A DNA stretch of 64,000 bases from a bacterium (GTDB taxonomy: Bacteria > Hinthialibacterota > Hinthialibacteria > Hinthialibacterales > Hinthialibacteraceae), in the NCBI GenBank assembly GCA_963662285.2, contig CAXXMV010000001.1, forward strand, positions 256,001 through 320,000, read 5' to 3'. A program made the translations under genes and the position numbers. A model generated the notes under the pieces. It worked only from the letters and a program-made list of their open reading frames with translations, searched no databases and had not been told where the DNA came from. Positions 19,308-27,846 of this stretch are shown here, piece by piece. Position 1 is the first letter of the stretch. The number at the start of each line of letters is the position of its first letter.

Positions 19308-20698
19308 GCCTCTTCAAAAAAATCTGTGGGTGAAATTTGGTTCTGGTAAATCGCCAAGTGTATGATATAAGGCGATTTCCAGCGCTTTGTAGGTTCGAAA
19401 ACCGTACGCCATTTTGGTAGTCACTTTGGCCTTGTTGTTTAAGCCTTCCACCACTCCAGAAGAAAACTCCTTTTTCGCCCGAAACCAGTTCAAAATCAGT
19501 TCGCGATGGTTGCGCAGCATCTTGGCCACTTTCTTCATTGGTTCGATTCGCGAGCGCATGGTTTTAGTACACCACTGATCCATGAAGCGTCCAGCCCACC
19601 ATGCTGATTTATATTCCCAGAAAAATTGAAATTCCTCTTTGAGAAGATAACTTCTCACCGTGCGCAGATTATATCGAACCACGTTGGCTAATTTATCGAC
19701 CTGCTTGACTGTCAAATTATCCGGGCGTTTCAGAAACCACCAGCGACTTCCTTTTAATACCGGTTCTAATCCCTTGGCCTTCAATTCACGGGATTCTCCA
19801 GCGCGGACTTGATCTATGGCTTTGTTCATATGAGCCATGATGTGAAACCGATCCAATACATTCAGCGCGCTTTTGGCTTTTTTGCGAATGACTTTGAGAT
19901 AAGCTTTCCACATATCACTGCACACAAATTCCAATTTTTTTGAACGCTCTTCCCCGAACCATCTGAAGAATTTCAACAGTGTTTTGATCTTTCTTTTTTC
20001 CCCGATCCACAGCAGCCGTTTGCAATTCTCATTGATTTGATATACCACTGTCACATACTGATGGCCGCCGCCCCATTGCATTTCATCGATTCCAATGGCG
20101 GTGATTCCTTCCAGGTTCACATGCTGGCGGCCCCATTCTACCGCCCGTTCAACCGAATGAAAAACATTGTACCAACTTGTTTGAAATGCTTCCGCCACTT
20201 GGCTCCAACTCATCCGCTTGGCCCAGCTCGCCAAGAACCATTGATAGATATGCGTTAATTCATGTTTACCATCGGCCCAAGGTACCTTTTCAACTTTCAC
20301 TCCACAGCGGTGACAATTCACGCGGCGCATGGCATAGATCAGGAATACGGTTAATCCCCATATCGGGATAAACTCAAATCGGCGCGCATCTAATCTGTCA
20401 TAACCTGATCCTTTTTCTCCGCAGCATGAACATATCGGGCGGCTTTTGACATGAGCACGGACTTTTACCTCTATGGATGTTTTACCATTCCATTCACCAA
20501 ATTTGCTAGAAGCATATACATACCCCTTGATTTTATGAACACGATTGAGGATTCTAATGACATCCATCCGGTTTCCTCCTGGTTGATGATTTTTCGCTGA
20601 TTTCATTCTTTCAGGATAAGAGACCGGATGTCTTTTTTATACCTCTACTATTCGAAGTATTTTTGCTATCATTCACCCACAGATTTCTTTATAGAACC
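19308..20698 (-). mobile_element. Complete ISL3-family insertion sequence, 1391 bp, 8-bp TSD AATTTTCT
   Basis: IRs GGTTCTATAAAGAAATCTGTGGGTGAA / GCCTCTTCAAAAAAATCTGTGGGTGAA; AATTTTCT at 19300-19307 and 20699-20706. Confidence 0.93.
19314..20606 (-). CDS. ISL3 family DDE transposase
   Basis: Zn finger CSCCG..CHRCG; IGIDE; CSDMWKAY; LDRFHI; SSGVVEGLNNKAK...AYGFR. Confidence 0.95.
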   Translation of the reverse strand: MKSAKNHQPGGNRMDVIRILNRVHKIKGYVYASSKFGEWNGKTSIEVKVRAHVKSRPICSCCGEKGSGYDRLDARRFEFIPIWGLTVFLIYAMRRVNCHRCGVKVEKVPWADGKHELTHIYQWFLASWAKRMSWSQVAEAFQTSWYNVFHSVERAVEWGRQHVNLEGITAIGIDEMQWGGGHQYVTVVYQINENCKRLLWIGEKRKIKTLLKFFRWFGEERSKKLEFVCSDMWKAYLKVIRKKAKSALNVLDRFHIMAHMNKAIDQVRAGESRELKAKGLEPVLKGSRWWFLKRPDNLTVKQVDKLANVVRYNLRTVRSYLLKEEFQFFWEYKSAWWAGRFMDQWCTKTMRSRIEPMKKVAKMLRNHRELILNWFRAKKEFSSGVVEGLNNKAKVTTKMAYGFRTYKALEIALYHTLGDLPEPNFTHRFF

Positions 20699-20771
20699 AA
20701 TTTTCTTATTCAAACCTTAACAAGAAAACAAAAAAGCATGAAATAAAAAAGACTGAAAAGGAGAAAAAGCG

Positions 20772-21134
20772 ATGACACATAAACAACTAATCAGCGAAAT
20801 GAACGACGTGATTGAGGCAATCATTTGGTTTATCACAGGCGGATTAATCGACGGTCGCGATTATGAGGGAGCAGTCACAAGTCTTTGTTTGAAATTTGCC
20901 TGTCTTAACGAAGCTTTCTGGCGCCGAAAAGTACGATTATTCAAGTTCATCCTTGAATGTGTTAATGAGATTGCAGAAAAAAAACAATTGAAAAATATAA
21001 ACAAAGAACAAGTTGTGTTATCGCTTTTCAAAAAAGAATTCAATCGCGATGCAGAAAATTTGCCATTGTGGGTGATAGACATTTATATTGGTAAATTAAT
21101 AAAAGAACAACAAAGGGAGAATAAAAATGGCTGA
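20772..21134 (+). CDS. Hypothetical protein
   Basis: AAGGAG RBS; overlaps the start of the next gene. Confidence 0.65.
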   Translation: MTHKQLISEMNDVIEAIIWFITGGLIDGRDYEGAVTSLCLKFACLNEAFWRRKVRLFKFILECVNEIAEKKQLKNINKEQVVLSLFKKEFNRDAENLPLWVIDIYIGKLIKEQQRENKNG

Positions 21135-21867
21135 TTCAAACAACTTTAACTATTATAAATTAGGTAAAAAGGTCTTTGACGAAAGCGTGGATAAGATAGC
21201 CAATACGCTTCAGAAAAAGAACAATAACTACGTCGATGATGAAGAGAATAAAGAGTTAATTAAGATTCTATCAGAAAAGAATACGGAAGCCATTTTGGAA
21301 CTAATCAAAATGTCCGTTCCTCAATTAGAACTCGACGAGAAATACAAGACTGAAGAGGACCTGTGCCAATCTATTGAAAAATTATCTACAATTCTTGTAA
21401 AAACAATGTCTGGGAATTTCAATTCTTTAGCCAATATGAAAGAAAACGTTCAGAAAGCATCTAGAAAAGATATTTTTCCAACTTCACACAAATCTTTACA
21501 ACAGATGTTTGAAGAAGGGCACGAAATCAAGGATGAAAAAACAAGGATAAATATAGGTGAGACAGAAAATGAAAAACTAGAAATTGATGTGATGACGTGT
21601 GAAATTTCAAAACGACTCACGCTCCGAACGAAAAAAATCTTTCACCAACTAGTAGAGGAAATCAAAACAATGTCTAAGCGTGAATTCGAGGAATTCGTTA
21701 CTTCAAAAAATTCCTGCGGAAAAAACATTCTCTTAGATAAGGGAATCGTGACAGAAAAGTGGGTGGCAAATTACACTATGACGCAAATCAGAAGAACCGC
21801 CAAGGATTATCTTAATGGATTAGGTGGCATACGAATAATTGACGATAATCGTGGTGGTGATCGTTGA
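21127..21867 (+). CDS. Hypothetical protein
   Basis: GGGAG RBS; 246-aa ORF, charged and helical. Confidence 0.65.
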   Translation: MADSNNFNYYKLGKKVFDESVDKIANTLQKKNNNYVDDEENKELIKILSEKNTEAILELIKMSVPQLELDEKYKTEEDLCQSIEKLSTILVKTMSGNFNSLANMKENVQKASRKDIFPTSHKSLQQMFEEGHEIKDEKTRINIGETENEKLEIDVMTCEISKRLTLRTKKIFHQLVEEIKTMSKREFEEFVTSKNSCGKNILLDKGIVTEKWVANYTMTQIRRTAKDYLNGLGGIRIIDDNRGGDR

Positions 21868-21916
21868 ATAGAAAGGAAAAGAAAACACCAGAAAGAAAAA
21901 GAATTTATAAAACATG

Positions 21917-21938
21917 CATGACAAAACCATGACAAAAC
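21917..21938. repeat. Tandem CATGACAAAAC x2, resembling an integrase arm-type site
   Basis: Perfect 11-bp tandem repeat about 50 bp outside the displaced tRNA 3' end. Confidence 0.5.
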
Positions 21939-21940
21939 AA

Positions 21941-21974
21941 AAAGACTTACGAAAACTCAGTTTCGTAAGTCTTT
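21941..21974 (-). terminator. Hairpin terminator (probably bidirectional) downstream of the displaced tRNA 3' end
   Basis: Perfect 14-bp stem AAAGACTTACGAAA / TTTCGTAAGTCTTT with A/T runs on both sides. Confidence 0.75.
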
Positions 21975-21985
21975 ATTTTTCAGTG

Positions 21986-22029
21986 AGCGGGAGACGGGGT
22001 TCGAACCCGCGACCCTCAGCTTGGGAAGC
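21986..22029 (-). repeat. att site: 44-bp duplicate of the tRNA-Gly 3' half
   Basis: AGCGGGAGACGGGGTTCGAACCCGCGACCCTCAGCTTGGGAAGC is identical to 43180-43223. Confidence 0.96.
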
Positions 22030-22088
22030 GTAGGTATAGGATTTGCAAGTTGTTTTTTATGAGAAGGTTATATTTGGTGTAAATGGTG

Positions 22089-22110
22089 AAGTACACAAAA
22101 TAGTACACAA
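22089..22110. promoter_or_regulatory. Putative integrase arm-type sites, left end
   Basis: AAGTACACAAAATAGTACACAA; similar units at 42975-43008 and 43063-43085. Confidence 0.65.
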
Positions 22111-22354
22111 TCGACCTTGAATGTGGTGAGTTTTTCTAATATGTGATCATCTATATATTGCAGTAAGGTATGGTTTTGTCAATCATTTTCTTCACTATTG
22201 AGAACTCGCACGACGTTCTCGGCTAATCTTAATTAAAAAAATCCGGGGATTCCCTAGTCTCGATTTCTTAACCAGACCCCCCGGCCTTTATATCGACCGG
22301 AGTCCCACTTAAGTGTTCGGTCGGCCTGTTGTGTTTTGAGGAATATAGTTTGGC

Positions 22355-23020
22355 CTATTTTAATACGTCCAAGTTCAGGGTGTTGCTGCGGGCGGCTTTA
22401 AGGACGCCTTGGACTCCGTACATTTCTTCCAATACTTTGAAATTCCTAAGGCCGTTTGCGTAGAGACCGCTGGTTCCTGTGGTTTCACGGTATTCTGCAT
22501 TGGGAGTGATATCGTGGAGTTCGCAGACTTTGCAGCATACCCATTCGGCGAAGCCTTCGCGGCGCTGCCAGTTTCCCCCGCAAAATCCTTCCATGAATTG
22601 CCAGGCGTGCGCGTATTCATGGGAAATGGTGGAAAATAGAGAATCGCGGCTCAGCCCTTTCTGCACGTAAATCACGATCCTGTTCCGTTCATCCAAGCAG
22701 GCTCCATTCGCGCGCATGCTCTTGCCGTGATCGCGTTGGCACATTTGATTGAGTTGTCGTGAGGAAACAACCTCGATGTCAACCGGTTTGGAAGGACGAA
22801 AAGAAAACAGTAAATCCAGATCGTCAACGATTGTATCCATTATTTCTTCGACGGTATGTTGAGCATAAGGGTGTCCTTCATAATCCACCCCGGAATGCAT
22901 GCGCACTGCGGCTCTGAACCGGGAAACACCGGTTGATATCCGCTGTCACTCATGTAGGAGCAATGGAATCAAAACCACGGCTCCCGCAATGCATACTCCA
23001 TGTATGAAGAAATCACTCAT
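22355..23020 (-). pseudogene. DA1-like HExxH zinc metallopeptidase whose N-terminal membrane anchor is cut off by an in-frame stop
   Basis: SHEYAHAWQ...EGFAEWV...LYANGLR; in-frame upstream MSDFFIHGVCIAGAVVLIPLLLHE*QRISTG (TGA at 22946-22948); could still be expressed from 22906. Confidence 0.6.
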
Positions 23021-23045
23021 AGCATCAATTCCGGCAGAACCAGTT

Positions 23046-24470
23046 TCATTTTACCGGCCAGAACCTTCGGCTTTCGCTTACCAGCCCCGGCCCGGTTATT
23101 TTGTCTTTGTCCGGCATCCGGTTTTTACGGTTGGATGCGCGGCGCGGGAATATGCCTTTGGACTCCTCACGGTATTCTTGGATCGTCCTTGAACGGGCCA
23201 ACTCGAATGGTGAGAAGATATCTTTCTCACGAGGAGTGCGGGAGAACGCCAACCGAAAACCGATGTTGTTGTTCCTGTTGTCAGGATTGTTCCTGTTGCG
23301 ATTGGCCGAGCGGCAGTTCCTGGCGTTGTTGTTCCAGCTGCCGCCCCGTTTGACACGGTTCGAGCCTTCTCCCTTACCTGTAGGATCGTATTGATGTCCG
23401 CTTAGATAACTGTCATACCAATCCTGGCACCATTCCCAGACATTGCCGCTCATATCGAATAGCCCAAAGCCGTTCGGTTCCTTTGTCCCGATTTCGTGAG
23501 TCCGGCTACCGGAATTTCCAGAATACCAGGCATAGTCTCCGATTTGGCTGTAATTCGAATCTTCGTCCCAATAAAACGCCATAGTGGTTCCCATGCGGCA
23601 GGCGTATTCCCACTCCGACTCGGTTGGCAAACGGAACGTTCTATATCCCATCTCATTCAACTTCTGAATGAAGGTCTGAGAATCATTCCAGGATACTTGT
23701 TCGATGGATTGGCTGTCACCACTGAAATAGGATGGTTTATTCCTCTTAACCGCATATCATTGACTCTGAGTGACCTCATATATTCCGATATAGAAATCGT
23801 TGGTCAAAGTAACATCATGCTGTGTTTCATCCGAGCCCCGGTTCTTCTCTGTACTTGGCGATCCCATGATGAATGTTCCTGCCGGAATTTTGACCATAAC
23901 CAATTCTTTCGCTCTCTCGGGGAGATCGAGGGGGACGGTGTAGATTTCGTCAGTGAAATTTGAATTGTTTGGTGTGAGAGTGACAACGGGAATTGGAGTA
24001 ACCGTCTGTGTGGGTGTAGGCTATACATTACCGCCTGAAATGTCTTCTTATGAGAATGGAATGTTATCCGGACCGCTCTCCAGTGCTTCCAGGTTATCCA
24101 AATAGACCGTCAGCGGATCAGTTTCGCTGGTATTGATTATATGCACGATGCCCTGGAATCCAGTAGAGGGGGGCAAGAAGAAATCGGCGATGCGGTCATA
24201 ACGGCTTACGAAATCTGATGGATTTTTGGGGGTGATAGTCAGACATAAGCATATCTACAGAAGCGAGATAAAGTGATGCGTGCAGGGCGCTCAGTCGGAC
24301 CAAGCAGCGTAAGAGGGCGCATGTAAATAGTATTGGTTAAGATCATTGCTACTTGCTCCTGTAGAAGCAGTGATAATCATCCCACGGCCATCAGTTGCAC
24401 TATCAAATGCGCTATCTGTTGGGATACCGCCGAACGAAACATCCGTCATAGGATAATCACCGAAACCGGT
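23046..24470 (-). pseudogene. Decayed FGE-sulfatase (SUMF1/CLec-fold) DGR-target-type gene
   Basis: MVKIPAGTFIMGSP..HDVTLTNDFYIGIYEVTQSQ*(TGA 23757-23759 at the conserved W)..VSWND..FRLPTESEWEYACR..FDMSGNVWEWCQD; further TAA/TAG stops before the PTPT linker; 5' end missing at the TonB cassette junction. Confidence 0.85.
23243..23366 (-). repeat. DGR template repeat (TR)-like sequence
   Basis: Translates GSNRVKRGGSWNNNARNCRSANRNRNNPDNRNNNIGFRLA: 13 Asn codons (11 AAC, 2 AAT) at the positions variable in CLec VRs. Confidence 0.85.
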
Positions 24471-24544
24471 ACTGTTGTTTTCACGCTGACTAGAGCGTAT
24501 CTGGGATTTTAGTGCATAGGTCAGGAATTTTTTTAATGATACGA

Positions 24545-26029
24545 TCACCGTGCTTTGGCTACACGTTCAACTTGTTCGAGATATTTTTGAATATTGTCCC
24601 GGGGTTGAATTAACTGCGCGCGGCGGAGGAGCGGTAACGCTTCGGCATATTTTCCTTGTCCAACCAATAACTGCGCGTGCCGGACTTTCGCATCGGCTTC
24701 ATATTTCTCGATATTAGCGGCACGTTCGAAATAGAACACGGCTTTTTCCATATCCCCGGTACGGCTGCTGTGCTGTCCCAGCAAGATGAGCGCTTCACCG
24801 TCCAGAGGATCCAGTTCTACAATTTCTTCGAGAACACGGACTTCTTCATCGCCAGAACCATCCGCGACAACAAGACGGGCTTGCAATTTCAACAGGTCTT
24901 TACGGGCATTGGTTTCAAGTTTGTCACTATAAACTTTCTGAATGTGTTCGATCAGTTTCCGGGTTTCTTTCAGAGCGCCCCGGGCAATTAGGATTTTGGC
25001 CGAGCGGACTGCCCGGTCCGGACTTACATCGGGATTGAGATCCATCACGCGGATATAGGTTTGTACCGCCATTTCGTAGAGTTCTTCGTTGATATATATG
25101 TCTCCCAGCATGTTCAGGCTGTCGGCTGTCGATTTTCCAAGTTGATCGATAATCTCGTAGTTCTCAGCGGCATCGAGAGGTTTCTTCAATCCGATATATG
25201 CATTGGCCTGTAACAGCCAAAGATCCGCCCGGTCCGGATTGCTTTCTAGCAATCGATCGCAGAGGGCGGCCGCTTCCGAATACCGGCCCTGTTTAAAGAA
25301 ACTTCGCACAAGCCCCATTTTCCAATCCATCGTAACGGGATCGAGCAAAATAGCCATCCGGTAAGCGGATTCGGCAGCCAGGAAATTTTGTACCGAGGAA
25401 TAGGCATAGCCCAATAATCCATACGTCACCGCATCGTTTCCCCCCAGTTCGATAACGCGGGTCAAGGCGGGAATCGACTCTTCAAACTCACCCTGGCGGA
25501 TATGGATCAATCCCAGGTTTTTGCATGCGCGGCGGAATTTCGGAAACTTTGTTAACGCGGTTTTGTAAACTTCCGCCGCTTCTTTGAGTTTGTCCTGTTG
25601 AAAATAGATGTTCGCCAGAGTGAAGTCAAACACCGCGCTGGCGGCCTCATTACGGGATTTTACCAGCAGGGCGGCGGCTTCATCCATTTTATCTGACGAA
25701 ATCAAATCCAGAACTTTTTGCATTTGTTCGCGTTCGTCAACTGTTATTCTTGGTTCGATCTCTGTTTCGGCGATGTAACTTTCCGCAAACCGTTTTTGAA
25801 AACCCGGATCGTTCCATATCTTTAACTCCGCATCCGTTAAACGCACTTGGTTGGCTGAAACAGGAATTGCCGAATCCGGAGTATCTGCCGTGAAACCGGG
25901 AATGGAAGAATATAGCACAATCAAGAACAACGGAACTGAAATAAAATTGGTTGCTTTGAACGCAGTAAAATGTCTCATAGTGAAGTACCATTCATTGAAT
26001 TTAGCGATAGTAGAATCTGGGCGTTTCAC
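24545..26029 (-). CDS. Tetratricopeptide-repeat periplasmic protein of the TonB cluster
   Basis: Multiple TPR helices (FTLANIYFQQDKLKEAAEVYKTAL, LGLIHIRQGEFEESI); signal peptide; follows tonB. Confidence 0.85.
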   Translation of the reverse strand: MKRPDSTIAKFNEWYFTMRHFTAFKATNFISVPLFLIVLYSSIPGFTADTPDSAIPVSANQVRLTDAELKIWNDPGFQKRFAESYIAETEIEPRITVDEREQMQKVLDLISSDKMDEAAALLVKSRNEAASAVFDFTLANIYFQQDKLKEAAEVYKTALTKFPKFRRACKNLGLIHIRQGEFEESIPALTRVIELGGNDAVTYGLLGYAYSSVQNFLAAESAYRMAILLDPVTMDWKMGLVRSFFKQGRYSEAAALCDRLLESNPDRADLWLLQANAYIGLKKPLDAAENYEIIDQLGKSTADSLNMLGDIYINEELYEMAVQTYIRVMDLNPDVSPDRAVRSAKILIARGALKETRKLIEHIQKVYSDKLETNARKDLLKLQARLVVADGSGDEEVRVLEEIVELDPLDGEALILLGQHSSRTGDMEKAVFYFERAANIEKYEADAKVRHAQLLVGQGKYAEALPLLRRAQLIQPRDNIQKYLEQVERVAKAR

Positions 26030-26062
26030 CCGCTAAATAGAGATATAAATTCTCTTTATTTC

Positions 26063-26734
26063 TTATCCTTTAGGGAAAGTGATGGGGACTCGCATGCGGA
26101 AACGCACCGGTTGTCCGTTCTTTTTACCCGGTTCGAATTTCCAGGCTTTCACGGCGTTCAGCGCGGGCCGTTCAAAAACCGGATCGGTTGTATTTTGCAC
26201 TTTTGGATTTTCCACCCGGCCATTCTGGTTTACAATGAAAACAACGTACACTTTTCCCGGCGCTTTTTTTCTGATTTCATTTGTAAATACCGGACTGGCT
26301 TGATAAATCACCCGTGGTTTCTGATCGAGATCAGCAATCGAAAACAAATCATCAACATCTTTAGTGCCCGATACAGCGGTGTTCAGTTGCACGGTGAAAT
26401 CACCGCCCATCCAGCCATCGCTCACACTTGGATTCAGCGCCAGTTCAAGTTGCGAAAGATCGAGCGGAGGCGCGTCCTCCATCAACTGGGGCGGTTCTTC
26501 TTCCGGTTCGGGCTCTTCCTCCGGTTCCGGCTCGGGAGGCGTATCCGGCGCGTCCAGTTTGGCCGTATCCATTGTTTGTACAATCAGATCGGCGGTTGGC
26601 GGCTTGGTCAGAGTCTGCATGAGCGGCAAGACCAGAAAAAAGAGCAGTGTTAATCCAATTGCACCGGTAATCACCGCCAAACGATGGAACAGCTCTTTAA
26701 TCAACCTAAACGAGGTATGTTTCTTATGTATCAT
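26063..26734 (-). CDS. tonB: Energy transducer TonB
   Basis: N-terminal TM, PPEPEPEEEPEPEEEPP, C-terminal G.VYVVFIV..GRVENP...ALNAVKAWKFEPG. Confidence 0.92.
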   Translation of the reverse strand: MIHKKHTSFRLIKELFHRLAVITGAIGLTLLFFLVLPLMQTLTKPPTADLIVQTMDTAKLDAPDTPPEPEPEEEPEPEEEPPQLMEDAPPLDLSQLELALNPSVSDGWMGGDFTVQLNTAVSGTKDVDDLFSIADLDQKPRVIYQASPVFTNEIRKKAPGKVYVVFIVNQNGRVENPKVQNTTDPVFERPALNAVKAWKFEPGKKNGQPVRFRMRVPITFPKG

Positions 26735-26752
26735 AATAGAGGAGATGGAATT

Positions 26753-27160
26753 TTATGTTTTTCTTGTTGCCACACTCACTTTAAGAGCACCACCGAGTTT
26801 GGCTTCGTCAATAATACGAACCAGGATACCAGACAGCGCATTTGTATCGGCCTGCACGATGACGGGAATATCTTCTTTTTGAAGCATGCGTTTCACGAGT
26901 GGCTGCACACCGCTTACACCAATTTCCCGTCCGCCGTAAACAACCTCGCCTTTTTCGGTAATCGCGATAAGAATGCTATTTTTTTCGAGTTGGACCGATG
27001 AAGCCGCCTGAGGTTTATCCACTTCAACACCGGTATTCTTAACGAATGTGGTTGTTACGATAAAGAAAATGAGAAGAATAAACACACAGTCCATCAGAGG
27101 AGAAATGTCGATTCCCGCCTCATTGCCGCTATCGGAGGTTAAGTCTTTAAAACGTCCCAT
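26753..27160 (-). CDS. exbD: Biopolymer transporter ExbD
   Basis: IDISPLMDCVFILLIFFIVTTTF; VIVQAD..G.LV.IIDEAK. Confidence 0.95.
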   Translation of the reverse strand: MGRFKDLTSDSGNEAGIDISPLMDCVFILLIFFIVTTTFVKNTGVEVDKPQAASSVQLEKNSILIAITEKGEVVYGGREIGVSGVQPLVKRMLQKEDIPVIVQADTNALSGILVRIIDEAKLGGALKVSVATRKT

Positions 27161-27184
27161 GATTTATTGCCATCCTTTGAATGA

Positions 27185-27832
27185 TTATGCTGCTGTCTTT
27201 TTCTTATAAAGTTTTTTATACAATTTCTGCGTGCATACCGTTTCAAGATGCGCTAGAAACTTTTTGTACCGTTCCAGTTTCCGCGCTAGATGATATTGTA
27301 AAAAAAGCCCCGGCAACGCCATAACCAATCCGGTTTCGGTTGTTATCAGCGCTTCCGAGATCCCTTCGGCAACAAGCCCCATCGTCTCCTCTCCTCCCGA
27401 ACCGTGGGCAAGAGCGGCAAACGTGGCCAGCATTCCCGTTACCGTTCCAAGCAATCCAATCAGGGGAGCCGCACTGACACAAATTTTCATGACACGCAAA
27501 TCGCGTTCAAAGGGAGTGATTTCCGTTGACCGCAGTTCTTCAAAAAAGACTGATGAATCTTTCAGGGATTTGGCCCCCGTGACAAAATCCAGCAACTCGC
27601 CAACCGGGCCTTTCCGCGCTTTTGGATGATTGATCCAATGCCGCCATTTTTTTTCACGCACCCGGGTAAATCCTTTTCCAGAAAGCCGAAGATGAACATG
27701 CACACCCAAACCGAACATCACCATGGCGATGGCCGCAATCGCAATCATCGCCCATCCGCCGGATACCCATATCTCGATAGCCTGCTGCCATAATTCCGTC
27801 AGGTATTCTGTTATAGTATTGATACGGCTCAT
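27185..27832 (-). CDS. exbB: MotA/TolQ/ExbB proton channel protein
   Basis: AAPLIGLLGTVTGM...GISEALITTETGL. Confidence 0.92.
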   Translation of the reverse strand: MSRINTITEYLTELWQQAIEIWVSGGWAMIAIAAIAMVMFGLGVHVHLRLSGKGFTRVREKKWRHWINHPKARKGPVGELLDFVTGAKSLKDSSVFFEELRSTEITPFERDLRVMKICVSAAPLIGLLGTVTGMLATFAALAHGSGGEETMGLVAEGISEALITTETGLVMALPGLFLQYHLARKLERYKKFLAHLETVCTQKLYKKLYKKKTAA

Positions 27833-27846
27833 GATCCGGTTACCAA

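Larger units (their letters stand above)
19192..20746 (+). pseudogene. 51-aa ORF split by the ISL3 insertion
   Basis: Removing the IS and one TSD copy restores MRTFNNSSQDIEKYTVFILATTATSMIEIEFWLEQINFLIQTLTRKQKSMK*; AAGGA upstream. Confidence 0.55.

Noticed and set aside
21986-22029. Second tRNA-Gly gene
   Set aside because: Only the 3' 44 nt are present; D-arm and 5' acceptor strand are missing, so it is an att site
23046-23660. Intact 204-aa FGE-sulfatase CDS or an active DGR in this window
   Set aside because: It is the 3' part of a stop-interrupted gene; no RT, Avd or separate VR is visible
22946-24050. Two in-frame TGA codons in adjacent genes, suggesting TGA recoding (code 4/25) or selenocysteine
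   Set aside because: The same pseudogene also has in-frame TAA and TAG, and many intact genes in the window end in TGA; ordinary decay explains it
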